Shown here: piece after piece, positions 34,115-48,015 of the stretch | How positions within the stretch are numbered: position 1 is the first letter of the stretch | Layout of the letters: each line of letters begins with the position of its first letter | Assembly (NCBI GenBank): GCA_040285825.1 | Contig: JAUPSS010000001.1 | Span: 1,364,001 to 1,428,000, forward strand | Source: Eukaryota sp. TZLM1-RC | Taxonomy: Eukaryota > Protista > Metamonada: BaSk clade | DNA: 64,000 nucleotides | Direction of reading: 5' to 3' | The notes under the pieces: model-generated | Told to the model about the DNA's origin: nothing | The model's input: only the letters and a program-made list of their open reading frames with translations | Databases searched by the model: none | Translations under genes and position numbers: made by a program

Positions 34115-35367
34115 TTTGCAATTATGATGTATCAAGGACATTTGTTACTGTGAAGGTGTGCACAAACGAAAATACACTGAGTGGCTTTGTTTATGCGTAA
34201 TATTTGTCCTTATTTATGATATTCTAACAGAAAAATTATCAGTTGATGTTGTACAATGAGGGTTTTGAAAAATAATTACCTGTTCAAAAACAATGGACAG
34301 ACAGCAAGCAACAATGTATTTAATATGAGCTTATTTTAGTCAATATTAATTTATGTTTGTTTTTCTCAACTTATTTGAGTCTTTTATTTGGTCAAATTGG
34401 CTCAACGTTTTGCCTGAGGATTTGGTGTAATGATTTAGTATCATGCTAAATGAATTTGTTTACGCCAAATTTCACTCAATCCTGGTTTCAAATATTGAAG
34501 CAGGAGTGTTGCACAGAGCAGTATGCTCCATATTACCGATGTCAATGTGTTCAACAAAATACGTATGTCTTGTCGTGTGCTTCTTTTGATAAATTAAATG
34601 TCTACGGTCTGTGGTCATCATGATGTTTGTTCAAGTATTGATTGATTCTTGAGCTCATTAATCAACCACGTTCTATACCAGATGGCTCATTTGGGAAACA
34701 GGCAACATGTATTATGTTTGTTACAGTAGATTGACTTGAAGACGTAGTTGAAGATGTTATCACACGTATACGAATTATGAAATTTTTTTGTCGCAAGCGT
34801 AGACATAAATTTATGCAAAACTCATCAAAACTTAATTCATATTGCAACTTGACATAAGGAATCTTTCCCCAAGTGATCTTGTCAATTCACTTTTTAGTAA
34901 ATACATCACCAAACACTACCACATACTTTTCAAGCAAAGATTCATCATCTTTCAGTTGGAGGTACATCTAATGTGATCATTCCCTACCCTCTTTTTTCAA
35001 ATGTTGTGTTTTCTGTTCACCGATCACACATGGATTCTCTTCAGCAAGCTCTTCATTTTTCAATCCTTAGCAAAGGGAAAACCTGCTCGTCTCTTGGCTA
35101 CCCCTCAACCTCTGAAAGGTTAAAATTTGGTCGTTCATAAACTGGTAAATTCAGTAAATCAAGTAATAAAAATAAAGTAAACTGTCAACGTATACTCTCT
35201 CACACATCTATGGGTAAAAACATTGCAAAGTCAAGCATCATTCTTTCCTTCCCCGACTTTACATCTCTTGTCCTTACAACTGATTATTTATACAGGGCCT
35301 GAATCATTACGTATCATCATTGAAGTTTTTTAGATTACAATCAATTCTAGCGTAATGGCAACTGTTG

Positions 35368-35452
35368 GGGTTAGGATTAGGGTTACTTTCATTTAGGGTT
35401 AGTTAGATCTAGGATTAGGGTTTCTTTCATTTAGAGTTAGTTAGGGTTATGG
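35368..35452 (+). repeat. degenerate interstitial TTAGGG-like tract, two ~38-bp units
   Basis: Four exact TTAGGG plus TTAGGA/TTAGAG variants; unit TAGGATTAGGGTT.CTTTCATTTAG.GTTAGTTAG occurs twice. Confidence 0.65.
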
Positions 35453-35760
35453 TTTTTCTACCAAATATTGAGAGAAATTCTCTTTATTTTGAGTCTCCGC
35501 TTTTAAATACATAAACGACTGATTAATCATCAATCAATCAGTTTTTGACTGTTTGAGGTCGCTTAAGGTCAAGAAAGATCTGATGACGTGTATCCGTATA
35601 GTCTACATGCATTTGGCTTGTATATCTGGCTAGTATTTTGCTCTCTCATTTTGGGATTTCAGATTACTCAAAAAAATAGTCAGTAAACTATGTCTAGGAT
35701 GCATTAATTTACAAAGTAGTGGTGGATTCACCCCTACAAAAAATAAAAATAATAATTAAA

Positions 35761-38523
35761 TTTTTTTTTAAAAAAACTGGAATATTTATTGAGATAAAAA
35801 TAACCATCTAGAATTCAATATCCTCCAAACAAGCGTCACTATTACTGAACCTACTCACAGCATTACGTTCATATTCTACACCAATAGCTAAAAGTGCCTT
35901 TGAAAGCATTGTTGGAATAGACTTGAAAATGCAAAAACAATTCTATTTAACCAGAAAGTGGAATTCATTGTTTTACCAGACCTATTCAGTAACACTTTTT
36001 TGAAATTTTCAAAAAAGTGCAACCCTGAAGGTCCAATATTGCCAAAAAGAGAAATTGCAAACGGCACAAACTGATATTTCACATGTTCCACACTACCTAA
36101 CTGTGCCAAAGGTTCTTCATATTTTTTTATCTTCTTTTTTTCGGCGTTAGATAACGGCGAATCAGCAGAATACACTAAACGAGCAGCAGAATTTTTGCAA
36201 ACATCAACTGAGACAACATCTACAACATTGAGAACACCATCGATCCCTGGAGCTTCTAAATCTGCCCTTCTTTTACCAAAGGAATCATCAGTTTGATCTG
36301 AAGACAGCTTACGTACTAATGGCTCAATAAATGCCTCTATATTGAAACTTTTGCACATGTCATATAATTGATCACGAACTGAGTCATGAACAATTGAGCG
36401 ATAAGTTATAAAATACTTACAGTTTAAAATATGGGAAAGCGTAACAACATTCTTGCAGCGACAAATTAAATCATTTGGTAAAGAACAAGGCCATAGAAAA
36501 CATCTCATTCTCATTGCAGTGGTCCATTGGTGATCATTAAGTAGAAGGCCATAAATGATGGGAATTTGGGAGATTAGGCAACTTGAGCAACTGTCTTCAA
36601 GATCAATCAAAAAGTTTGCAAAAACGGGATTTTTTTCTTTAGCCCAGCTAAGACGTACAATATAATCCAAGTTTTCTAAAACTTTCAAGATTTTTTCCGC
36701 AATTTTGCAAAAGTCAGTGGTAAGGAGAGCAAGCTTCTTGGAGGAAGTTCCACAATATCAGAGGGGAAATATTTAGACCAAATATTGGATGAAAGAGTTT
36801 CAATTTCCTGTTGCAAAGAAATCAGATAAGAGCTGCCACAATTTTCAATGAGATCAATTTTTTCAGGAAAACGATTCACAAATTCATAAATAAAATTCTT
36901 TCCACCTCCAATAAAGGCAGCTTTACAGAGGTAGCTTGATTTATGAAAATCAACACCACCAAAATTTGTACGACTAAAAATGTGGCTTCGTAACTGAGAT
37001 GCATCAATTTCCAATAATTTTGTTAAAAATTGGTTCTTTGTTCATTAAAAATGCGACAAAACTCCAAAGAATTTGATGGTGATGTTGATCTCAAAATATG
37101 AGTAAATTTTCCAGAATAACAGATTTTTAGGAAAAAGAATTTTAAATGTTTCTCAATATTTAAATTTTCTATTGATTCTAATTCATTTCCAAATAGAAAC
37201 AACTGAAAAAATGAAACCATTACCATTAAAAACTGGAAAAGTTCATTCTCAGAGTTGTGGTAAATGTCGTCAACCGGGACATAACGTTAAAACATGTCCC
37301 CAAATAAAACATGAACAATTAAAAGCTCGTGCTGCATCTGCTGATTTGAAACAATCACTCTTTTCGTTACCCATAAATGATGATAATGCTGATCAAGAAA
37401 TACCAGCAATAGTACCTGTAAATTTATTCATTGATTCTCCGAATAATAAGTGTATATTTTGTACCAAAGATTTGGGCATTAATTCATTGTTGGAATAGAC
37501 TTGAAAATGCAAAAAAACAATGTCCAACAGCTGATTTGATCATGTCAAAATTCAACAAAGATGGCCCAGGAGCTTTTCCAGTAGGCATTTGCTGAATCAG
37601 TTTCAATACCTCAGAAGCATTGACAGGATTTTGCAGCCAATAATCAACTGAATCTGGTTTAGTACAATGAAAATTTTCTTCCGGATGAAGATGATTCAAT
37701 TGGAACAATGTGCTTTCATTACATTCAGCTAAATCAGAAGAAAATAAACATTGTTTTGCAGATCCAAAACGTCCTTTTAAAGCTAATTTTCTCACTAATT
37801 TTTCTTTCGAAAAAACATTTTTTTTAAAATTTGATTTTTTTCGATAAAAGTTTTTATCTTTTTCAGAAAAATTTCCAAATAGGCGTAACATCCCATAATC
37901 CTTTACGGACATTTTCAGTAAAGGCACGAAGAACAACAGCAAAAGGTATCGAAGCCAACGGACTAAGCTGAGCAGGAACACGAATGGGACAACGTAGCTG
38001 ATCAGCAGCAACACAGGAATCACAAAAAAGTAAAGGTCGACCAGAATCATTGACAGCAACAAGCTTTCGACAAAAAACACATTTTTTTTTCATCCTTTTG
38101 ATCTTCTTTGATAGGAGTGTTATCGGGAATCTCACTTAAAAATTCATTTTTAGGATTGTGTGATAACGAAAAATTTAAATCAGCAGTTGCAGCACGAGCA
38201 TTCAGTTTTTCCTTTTGAATAAGCGGACAAGTTGCAATGTTATGTCCGGATTTTCGACATTTACTACATTTGCGGCGGGGTTTAGAAAAATTTTCATTTA
38301 AATTTTTTTCCAATGATTTTCTAGCATGGAGTGACAGGTGGGGAGAATGAGAACGATTGGTGGTTGAGGAGGTTGGTTTGTCAAGATCACGTTCGGTACT
38401 TTTTGCAGTCCAGTCAGTATCACTGAGAGTGTCTGACATTAAGACTGGAGGAATTCAATCGAACCGACAATAGGACGTCAAGTTAAGAAAAAGGAGGACG
38501 TTGAAAGTGAGTGAGAGAAAAAA
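35761..38523 (-). mobile_element. RLE-type (CRE-like) non-LTR element with both ends, 10-bp TSD and a rearranged RT-less interior
   Basis: N-terminal CSKCRKSGHNIATC, pre-RT GKAPGPS, C-terminal CRC..H..C and RAD..D RLE. Poly(A) at 35761-35769; AATAATTAAA at 35751-35760 and 38524-38533. Confidence 0.85.
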
Positions 38524-39063
38524 AATAATTAAATAAAAACAATAAAAATCAGAATCACGAAGGAAATATAAAATACAACGAGGCAGCCTGTATCTGTTAC
38601 AGAGAAATAGACATGATGTTTCCGCACTTTGAGATTTGAGCAGGGCAAAATTGAACGATTGTTTCTGACACTTACTACAGCTTCTCTCTGTGGTCTCAAG
38701 TGGCCAGAAGAATAGAGTTGGTCATTGTGCAAAATAATCATTAAGGTTTCGAAGGAATGAGTCCAAGACATGTAAAATGTGATCGTTGTTTTAAAATTGG
38801 TTCCATGTTGATGGTTAACTTTTCCACTTCAAGTTGCCATCTATCTACCGTACAGTCAGACTATCAGATTGCCAGTGTCTGTTTGCTGCACAAATGTCAG
38901 CAAGAAGAAAACAGAAATTGTTTAAGTTTTTCTATTGTCTGCTAAAATCTGTTCATGCATCTTCTTAATCTTTGCTGAACCAAAATATGTTTGAGTCAAT
39001 GAGAAGACAACCAACTCGAGGCTACGGACTGTTTTTAAAGGATTTTAAGATTAATCAATGTAG

Positions 39064-39218
39064 TGTTAGCCTTGGATAATATTTATAATAGTTTATTTAT
39101 AGTTTATTAATAGTATTTGTATCATTGCGCCCATGCGCTTAAGTTTAGGGAAATCCTTATTTCCTTGTAATAAATTACTCTACATTCAGGTATAATGTCT
39201 AACCCCCGCAGATCATCA
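39064..39218 (+). repeat. family 1 solo LTR (155 bp) with 4-bp TSD GTAG
   Basis: Aligns end to end with 6662-6816; GTAG at 39060-39063 and 39219-39222. Confidence 0.95.
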
Positions 39219-41039
39219 GTAGTTGATTTATAATGAAGCAAACCACACCCAAATAATCCAAATTTAAATGATTTTCGTACCAACCATCTTAAATGATTCC
39301 AAAGTGATCATTTATCAAATTGGACAAAAGACATTTTGTGGTGTTGTTGGAATTATCAAGAAATTTTACCAGTAATACTACTCTGACGAGTTCACGAAAC
39401 TAAAGAATGTTTATTTACTGAAATACGGGCTAACTATATTGATAGGTCAAAACTCACGCTCATAAATGCACAACACTACCATTTTTCTTCTTGTGACTGT
39501 TTTATTTCTTATGAGCATCACTTTAGTTTTTTTGTAAAAAGTTTAATGTTATCAATGTTGATGTTCCCTAAGACTCTTAGCGCTGTTCATGATGCTGGAC
39601 TATGTGTGCAATGTGGATGATCCATCCAGAGTTAGTTTTTCGTCTTCGAACCTCTCCACATACACTTTTCCATGTCTCAAGGTGGTAGTCATTAAAAAGC
39701 AAAATTAACCCAGGCCTCACAAAGTTATTGGTTGACATTAAATATGGGAATTTTTATATTCGAAGTTTTATAATTCGTTCATATTGACAATACTGGTGAA
39801 TGTATTGATGATGGAATTTCTCTTGCTAATCAATACGTACTGCTATTGATTGGGAAATACAATTCCTTCAGTTGGGTATTTGAAATCGGACAATTTGATG
39901 GTAAAATTATAGAAAGTTTCCAAAAAGAAAACAAGAACCTTTAACTTCTTGATAGTTGTTTGTTTTGATTCCATCATTTCGCATCCTGCTAAGCCCTCTA
40001 GAAATGTATTTGGTATAGGATCAACACATTTGCAAGTTAAGGATAGTATCAACTAAGTTCTATTGTACTGAGTTAATACGACCAAAATGTTCTAGAAAAT
40101 GAGCAGAAATTTTAAAGCATAAGTTCTAACTTTAATGAAATATGTTTTTGTTCCACAACTTCGTTTAATACCGTTTTGTTAAATGCTAAAGGCGACCCTT
40201 TGAGAACCACCGGGTGGTCTAGGAGTCTCTCTCTTATGCTTCTGACCCAATCAGGTGGCCCTTTTCCCCCTGGGTTGTGATAAAAGGACTGACAACTGGT
40301 GTCATTCTGACTTCCGGAGCTTTCGCACACTGTAAATGACGAACAGCTTCAGTCAAATTATTACAGATGGCTTAGTTGCATGGAAGCTCAACTTCTAACA
40401 TGGTAGTCTTCTTTGACTGTCAATCTTGGAAAGGATGCCTTCTGCCGTTCTCAATGATGCATCCGTTTCTGTGCAACTATTTGGTTGGTACGAGCAACGT
40501 CATGCTTACATTATTGATCTGTGTAACCAACAAGTAGGTGACCCTGCTAAATTCCAGACCCTCTTGGTAGATAGTGTCCTCCAACTGAACACTGAAGCAA
40601 TGGCCATCATTGTCTCCGCCGGCCGTTGTAATTTGTCGTTTCTCGAGAATATGGCGAGTTAAACAATGAAAAGATATGCTCTGGCTCCCTCCTCCAGCAA
40701 GCTTCTATCCAGACTTCATTTCATTAAGCCAACACCCAGACACTTCTTACGCTTAAACCCAAACCAACAACTTCTGAGGAAATTCAAACTTTTCAACAAA
40801 AAGAACTTTGCCACATATACCATTGCTTTGGATCGTCTATCACTAGGAGCAACTTTCTCAACAGCCCCCAAGAACACTCAAAATCGCCCCATAACCAGGG
40901 CAATCTATTTTTAGATCATGATGGTGTTGTGCATCGATGTTTTTCCCCACCACATTGTTCCCTTTTTGTTATTTACTCATAACTACTTTTATCTTATAAA
41001 ACTATAACTGATGTCTCTGTTCTCTTCAAGAGAATCAGA

Positions 41040-41460
41040 TGTGGTCATACACTGAAACTGTTCTACATGTTCTAATATTGTGACCATGCTGACTACAACG
41101 TCCTTATCTTCTCCTCCTTGAATGAGAGTGTTTTTTACGGCGACCAAGGAGAACCAGACACACAGTTGCAATTGCTGGGGACTTATAGAAGACCAAATTG
41201 TTGGGATGACATTTAAATGATACAGTGTTACCAGTCAGAAGCAAAGAAACGGTTAAAGAAACCATATAACAATTGAGGAAAAGTTACTCAACCTGTAGAG
41301 CTGCTGCTTTCTGCTCGAAGACAGAAGGTGGGCGTCTATTGAGTTCAACAGGGCAACTTTTACGTGCTGTATTGGAGGAGCTTGAGGTATTTCTGGTTTG
41401 GAGAAGTTACTCTTAACGAGGAAGTCGTGCAACCTTCTGTGTTTTGCTAATGCTGTTATT
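41040..41460 (-). mobile_element. possible Mutator-like transposase C-terminal relic
   Basis: GRRKK followed by RRR*GRCSQHGHNIRTC, a zinc knuckle with the first Cys lost. Confidence 0.45.
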
Positions 41461-41738
41461 ACCATAAAACTGTTTTTAATACAGTATGATTGTCAAGAAG
41501 TTGGTCCAGTAGCGGTTCTTATTGTTCATCTCTAATTGGGAAGTATTATGTTTCCGGTTCGGTTTACGGTCCTTAATCTTGTGGAACCTGAACTGGTTAG
41601 GTTCACGTAATTCACGAACCTGAACCAGTTCGAACCAATCCGAACCGATTGAAAAAATTGGTATACCATTTATTTTGAGAAACTCATCAAAAACTCGAAA
41701 TACATTAAAAGTAAAGGGTGGATGAGCACAATTCAAAA

Positions 41739-42660
41739 CTAAATTTGATCGAAAAGATCATCATTCTCTTCCTCTGGCTCATTGACTTGAGTGACTTCTT
41801 CTACATTGTAAAATTTCATCAGTGACTTTAATCCCACTAATGCAGAAGCACTGCTATCACTTAGAAATGCTCTTCGTTCATTGATGGTTCGTCCTGCTGA
41901 TGAGAATAATTGCTCTGAAGGAATGGATGTTGCTTGTACAGATAGCACACTCCTTGTTCGTTTGGCTAATATCGGATATCGTTTGGAGTCTTCATTTTTC
42001 CACCATTCTACGGCATCATAACTTTGGGGAACCAATGTTTCTACATTGTATAGCATAAATTCATCCTTTTCCGTTCTTTCTCTACTTTTACATTTTCTGG
42101 CTGGTTCAGTAAAAAGATCTTCTTCATCTGAATGTTCGACATTTGAAGTCACCAGCAGCTCTTCATTTTCTAACATTTTTTCCAAAGATTCGACATGGTG
42201 TTGGATAGTTGGTGTATTCGGCAGTTTTTCTTTTCGTGGATCTAGTAAACCACTGACTACCATATCTTCATCTGCTATGAACTGCCAGTATTTTTGCATC
42301 GTTGCCAACATGAGACTGGCTTTTGTTCGAATCCAATCCGAGGTCAAATCATTTTCAATATGTTCAATTATATGGTCCTTTAGTTTAGACATATAGAACA
42401 GGGCAATCCCTTTTGAACAATATTTGAAACCAGAAAGTTTTGTAGTGACCTTATAACTCGTATGATAATATGATGATACTGAGAAACGGATGACTTCCAT
42501 CAATGCATTTCTCTCAATTAAAGATAATTGAAGCATCCAGAACGTTGGATCCCTCGGTGTTTCTATTGTTACATCAATCACATTTAAATATTGTAGATAT
42601 TTTGAAAGCATCAAAAAGGTACCGTTCCATCTAGTTTTTACGTCTTGAGGGATACCAGCG
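41739..42660 (-). mobile_element. hAT transposase 3' part (dimerisation domain), 5'-deleted
   Basis: PQDVKTRWNGTFLML, LLDPR, WWK...YPILAK..LSVQATSIPSEQLFSSAG...RR; GGTTC/GAACC subterminal-type repeats at ~41510-41650 and ~42865-42912. Confidence 0.88.
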
Positions 42661-43895
42661 TTGAATTTGATTCAATGTGCTGTGCAAATGCAGTTCTGTA
42701 ATCCTGATTTACCACACGAGGTTGGTGTAACTTTGAAACAAAGATCTTACAACATCTTACAACAAGACTTCATGCAAGTGTTCTACACATACAATATGTT
42801 CTCATAGTATTATGGTTTATAATATACATCTTTATTTTAAGTTGAAATCGAAAAATATAGCAAATGCCGGTTTGAACCGCCTTGAACTGGTCTTTGGTTT
42901 GGAATCTGGTTCATCACCAAAGGTGCATGTCCAAGAAGCATGAGCTTCAAAATTGTTTACAAAGTTGTGATGAGGTTCCAGTTATATTAACACCTGAATA
43001 AACTCCATCTAATTCATGGCATTGTTTTTGAAAAACAGATTGTTCCTTTCCTCACATCAACGATCGTGGAAGCACTTGTCACAGATCAAACACAACGGAA
43101 TTTTAACTAAAAGAGCACGTTCTAAAGACAAAAGTATACTTTATTGTTGGAGCAGTTCTGATTAAGCGGAAAAAGAACAAAGTGGTGTTTGGTAGTACGA
43201 AGAAACAGTTCAACATTTACCATGAGCTGAAGTTGGAAAGAGGTGTCCGTTTAAGTAGGGGGATTAGTGGTTGCCTAATTCTTCATTTTAAGTAGAAAGT
43301 TTTTACACAACATTCTTTGAAACAAATAAACATACTTAAATATTGCAATGTATTCTGATCAAGAACAAGAAATACTTGGAAAAGCTGGTTCTGTCAAAGT
43401 CAAAATATTATAAACTAACCATTAATCAATTATAACAAAAAATGAAAAAAAAACACAAAATAATGACACTATCAACACACATACATTACAAAATTTTACA
43501 AAATTTTGCAACTTTTGCTGTTCACCCATTAAAAAACTCTTTGTAAAGTACACGTGGTATTTCTATCATAATATCTCAACTTCAATTAAAGAATTCAAAA
43601 ACAATTGGTTTTGCTAAATTTCTACCATTCAGTAAATCAAATCATTACGATTTGGTCTTTTTCATCAAAACAAGTCACAGTAAAGAAAGTTGGGACCTAA
43701 CCAAATCCTAAAATATTCTCTTTCATTCTATCTGAATTTGAATAGTATATTAAATAGTGAAAAACAGTGTACTGTTCGAACAGAACTCGTCAGTTCACAA
43801 ACTTGACAATGTTTTATTAACAATGTTGTTTAGAATGTTTAGTTGTCTAATTAAGCTTGTTCATTGGGTATAGTTAAATTATTTACAAGGGGCCA

Positions 43896-44790
43896 ATGAA
43901 TATCAGCCAAATTTTCAAAGGGTTTTTCTACACCAAATGTGGTATTAGTAAAAGGGTAGCTCAATTTGCTCAAGAAGTGTATAATGTTCATCCTTTTCGA
44001 AACAAGATGTTTTTAAAAGCTCCTCAAGGTTTAAATTTAAATGAAAATATTTGTGATTTACGATTGCGATTTGTCACTCGTTAGAATGGTCCCAAAGTAT
44101 TTAATACTAGAATTTAAAAGCTTGACGTTTACTGTGATGATCCTGACACAGTCGAGTATGATCCACAATTGTTTTGTTTGTTCCCAAATGTTGCTGTTAT
44201 TAAGCTTGCTGAAGGTCTAGTTCATAGAGAGATATTATCTCTAAATTTACCCCATTTATCAAAACTCAAATATCTAGAGCTTGATTATGGATTCCAAATA
44301 GAACAATTACCCACTTCACTAGTGCAGTTAGCACTTGGTCCCGATTACATTGAAGTTTCCGATTTAAGCTATCTCATATCATTAAAAGAATTGGTGGCAT
44401 TATATGATGGTATTTCCCATTATATATTTGCAATTCAATTAGCCTTACCCCAAACTATTTTCAGGTTGGAAATTCAGTTGAGTGATCCTGCTAATAATGA
44501 AATGCAGTTGTTTAATCTGAAGGAAGTGATAATCCACGGTAAGGTTGCTGCCAATATCACTGAACAAAACTTTCCTTCTTTGAAATCAATTCAATTGATT
44601 AAACTCGATGTAGACAGTCTGTTGGATTCTTCCCTATCGACAACAAAACTTATTAATCAAGGTTTAATTCAATCAGTTAAACTAATCAAGAACGACTTTT
44701 GGTTGAATTATCTTGTTTTCCATGGTGGATTCAGTATCCAGCTGAAATTTATTTGATTGATATTTTCAGTGATCATGTACGTGAGGATGG
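43896..44790 (+). pseudogene. leucine-rich-repeat (FNIP-like) gene, probably decayed
   Basis: LPHLSKLKYLEL, LPTSLVQL, DLSYLISLKEL, FPSLKSIQL; no clean start, upstream stops. Confidence 0.55.
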
Positions 44791-45309
44791 TTTAGATTGT
44801 CAATTATAAAATAATGGTTTGTCCAATTTTCACGAATTCAGAATATTATGCAGTTATCAGTCTCAAATAATTTGAGAATCCAAATGGGTTGAATTTATGA
44901 CAATTCAAAAGTGATATAAACATATTAACAATCGATACTTAACCACAATTCAAACTCAAGACTGTTCAGAATCACCCAAAAATTTTGTGATCAAAATTTG
45001 TTTTTCTTATGTTCATCATCTCACTTTGAACATCTTTGACGTGTTTTCTTCCATGGGTTGTGTCTTGCTCCAGTAATTTGATCAAATTTGTTATGTTTAA
45101 TATTAATTGTTTGTTGATACAAAAAGTCTATTTGTTCCAATTATTGCTTTGTTATAAGGTTTTCTCAGTTAATTGTGTAAATTTTGTCATAATCTTTGTT
45201 CCAAGTTTCTTTATTGCTCAGCCAATATCAACATAATTTTTGAATTACATTCAAAAAATACATTTTCAAGACTTTTAATGTTGATACAGTGATTGCTTTG
45301 ATGAGTTGA

Positions 45310-46325
45310 TGTTGATCAATCAAATCAGCTGTACCTAATTGACCCTTATCGTTCCTTCCCCAGCCCAAACAGTGTTTGTGTAGGCAAAAAAAAGTTTTCG
45401 CCAACTGTTATGCCTTCAATGTTGGTTAAACCTTTAGCACGGATTGGTTCATCACTATCTTCATAAACATCACTAATGAAGTTCACGTCACCCCATAAAA
45501 AATATTCCCATCAATATTAATAGCAAACAAAACACCATTGTACCCATTGATAGAAACAATTCTACTTAAATCAGGAATTTAGGTGGGTTTGGAATTAAAA
45601 CGATTTTCATCATCCCCATTGTTGAACTTCCATACATCACCTTTAGTATCAATTACAAATAGGTAGCCATTGTCCCAACAATCATTTCCTACTAATGAAA
45701 CAAAACCCCTAACTGGTGTTGTAGGAGTGAAATACTGAGTTACTGGGATCTTAAAGAAATTAATTTCATCATAATAGAAAATATAACCAACAAAATCAAT
45801 TGCGATAAATGAATCACCATCACCATAAAAATAATCAATATTATTTAATTCTTTTATTAATTTAAATGTTATATACAATTCCCATTTAACAATTTCGTAT
45901 TCCTGCACCAGAGCATAGGAAAAACAAGCTCCATTATAAATTTCCTTAATTTTATCAGGAATCATTATTAAAATAACTGGGAGAATACTACTGCTTGACC
46001 TATTAATGTGATTAAACCCATTTTAACCCCAACCATATAACTTACCTTCAGAATAAATGGCAAGGGAATGATTGAAACCAGCGGAAATAGAAATAATGTT
46101 AGTTAATGGTAATTTGATTGGTGAAAAGATTGTTACAAATCCGTGATAAAGAACTTCGCCACAATAGTGATCCCCCCAACCATAAACCTCACAAGAGTAA
46201 GTCAGTAGAAGTGTATGTGTAAAACCACTAGAAATAGACTTTACACCAACCAATGGATCCGATTGATCGGAGTTTAGATCGGTCGACGTGTCAAAAAAAT
46301 GACTCTTTGAAACCAATTGTAGCAT
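45310..46325 (-). pseudogene. RCC1-repeat gene, decayed
   Basis: ISSGFTHTLLL..GEV..WG, ISAGFNHSLA..GKLYGWG; in-frame stops at ~46023 and ~45579. Confidence 0.75.
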
Positions 46326-47943
46326 TGAAGAAGAAGCAGTGGAGAGAGAATACCTGCTTTTGATTCAAAAGTGGTTTAATGCAATTTGAGAAAAAATGTA
46401 AAACGTGGAAGTGACATTTTCAAACACACGTAACATGTTTTGACGTTCTATTTCCACCTGTTTCAAGTGTTGGAATATTCACTATAGTTGATCTACTGGG
46501 TGAGATTGTTGTGTTTATTTTCTGTTGAAGCCTGAAAAAACACTACCACATACATCTTTAAATAAAGTTTCATTATCTCTAAAGTACAGGTACACCTCTC
46601 ACCATCCCTTTGTCCTTCAAATTAACACTGGGTATACTTCTCTCTTCACCAATTCCAAACAAACGTCTCTCCATATTGAAACCCTTTTCTGATTTTCTCA
46701 ATCTAAATCTAACTGTGAATGCCTTTGTGTCTCTTGATGACCTTTGAGGAAATAGAAGCTCCGAAATCTCCGCTCGATCAGGTGTTTTGATACAACCCCT
46801 TCAACACAGTTTTGTACAAAACTTAAATAATTCCCACCATTTCTCTGTATATTTTCTGTTGTTGCTGTTCGTTTATGTTTTCCTGTTCACGTTTTAAAAA
46901 TTGTTTATAATTATGATTTAACGACAATTTTCCAAAGACATCAATTTTCTTCCATTTACATTTTTGAATTTTTTTTGAAATTATCAGACTTACCATCAAT
47001 CTATATCGTTAATTCAGCAGTTTTATTCATTCTTCTCAACTATTGTTATCATCAATAGTTTGCTCTTTTTATTTTGACTCTTCATTAATGTACCACTGAA
47101 CGTACCACAAAATCATTCATATTTTATGAATGTAAAACTTTGCAAATTTACCATAAATTATCAAGACGCACCTCCTACTTTTTACAACTGACACATGAAC
47201 TTTACAGATTTGAGGTCACAATGCACCTGTGTTATTCGAGTCAAATTCATAATCATTTCTAAGTACTTCAATGAGGAACACTTCTACTTCGGAGGATGGA
47301 TATTACGATACTAATAATACTATAATAATATTATATACTATTAGTATACTATTAGTATATTAGATGGATTGATATTTTCTTTTATCAAAATAAGTTTTTC
47401 AAATATTTCCTATCATAATATTGACAGGCCCAAAGATGAGATGATCCTCGCTTGGATGAAGAGAATTTTGTATTTGAACGTTGTTCGGGGAGTCATCAAC
47501 TAACTATCCAAGATGGGTACTACAGCTGCACATTGTGCTCCCTACACTGTTGATCTGAACAGACATGGAGACCTTGATGTGGGTGTAAAATTATTGATTC
47601 ATCTCAGTGTATGATGCTTGTTGGTACCCATTCGTTCTAATTCGTTCTATTTATTTTAAGTGAAGGGAATATTGCATAAATACACGATCAATTATCGTGC
47701 GGAAAATTTCAAAAGCTATCTATTACACAGATACTGAGGGCTGTCATTACCACTCATTCATTTGGCTGAAGTGAAAGCTCTATTAATCATCAATACATCA
47801 ATTCATTTCTTTTCACAAATTAAATCCATCCAATGCCTCGAGTAGGTCTTTGATGTTTCAACTTCATTAAGAGACGAAAACCACTTGTTGTTATTGATCT
47901 CATACGTTTGATGGAACAGGCACAGAAATCTATCAAAAATCCA

Positions 47944-48015
47944 TTCTCTCACTGAGAATCGAACTCAGATTGCCAGATTCAAAGTCTGGCGTGCTAGCCA
48001 TTACACTATGAGAGA
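47944..48015 (-). tRNA. tRNA-Gln(TTG), 72 nt, intronless
   Basis: Acceptor TCTCTCA/TGAGAGA, D arm GTGTAATGGCTAGCAC, anticodon arm CCAGA-CTTTGAA-TCTGG, T arm CTGAG-TTCGATT-CTCAG, downstream T5 terminator. Confidence 0.95.

Noticed and set aside
34380-34600. Faint hAT-like peptide fragments on the minus strand
   Set aside because: Too degenerate to support without a profile search.
35363-35532. Possible fourth solo LTR (TGTTG...CATCA) containing the TTAGGG tract
   Set aside because: The flanks (CAAC/ATCA) give no TSD and there is no second copy in the window.
47300-47365. AT-only stretch with TATACTATTAGTATA repeats and inverted repeats
   Set aside because: Low-complexity slippage with no TIR/TSD structure.
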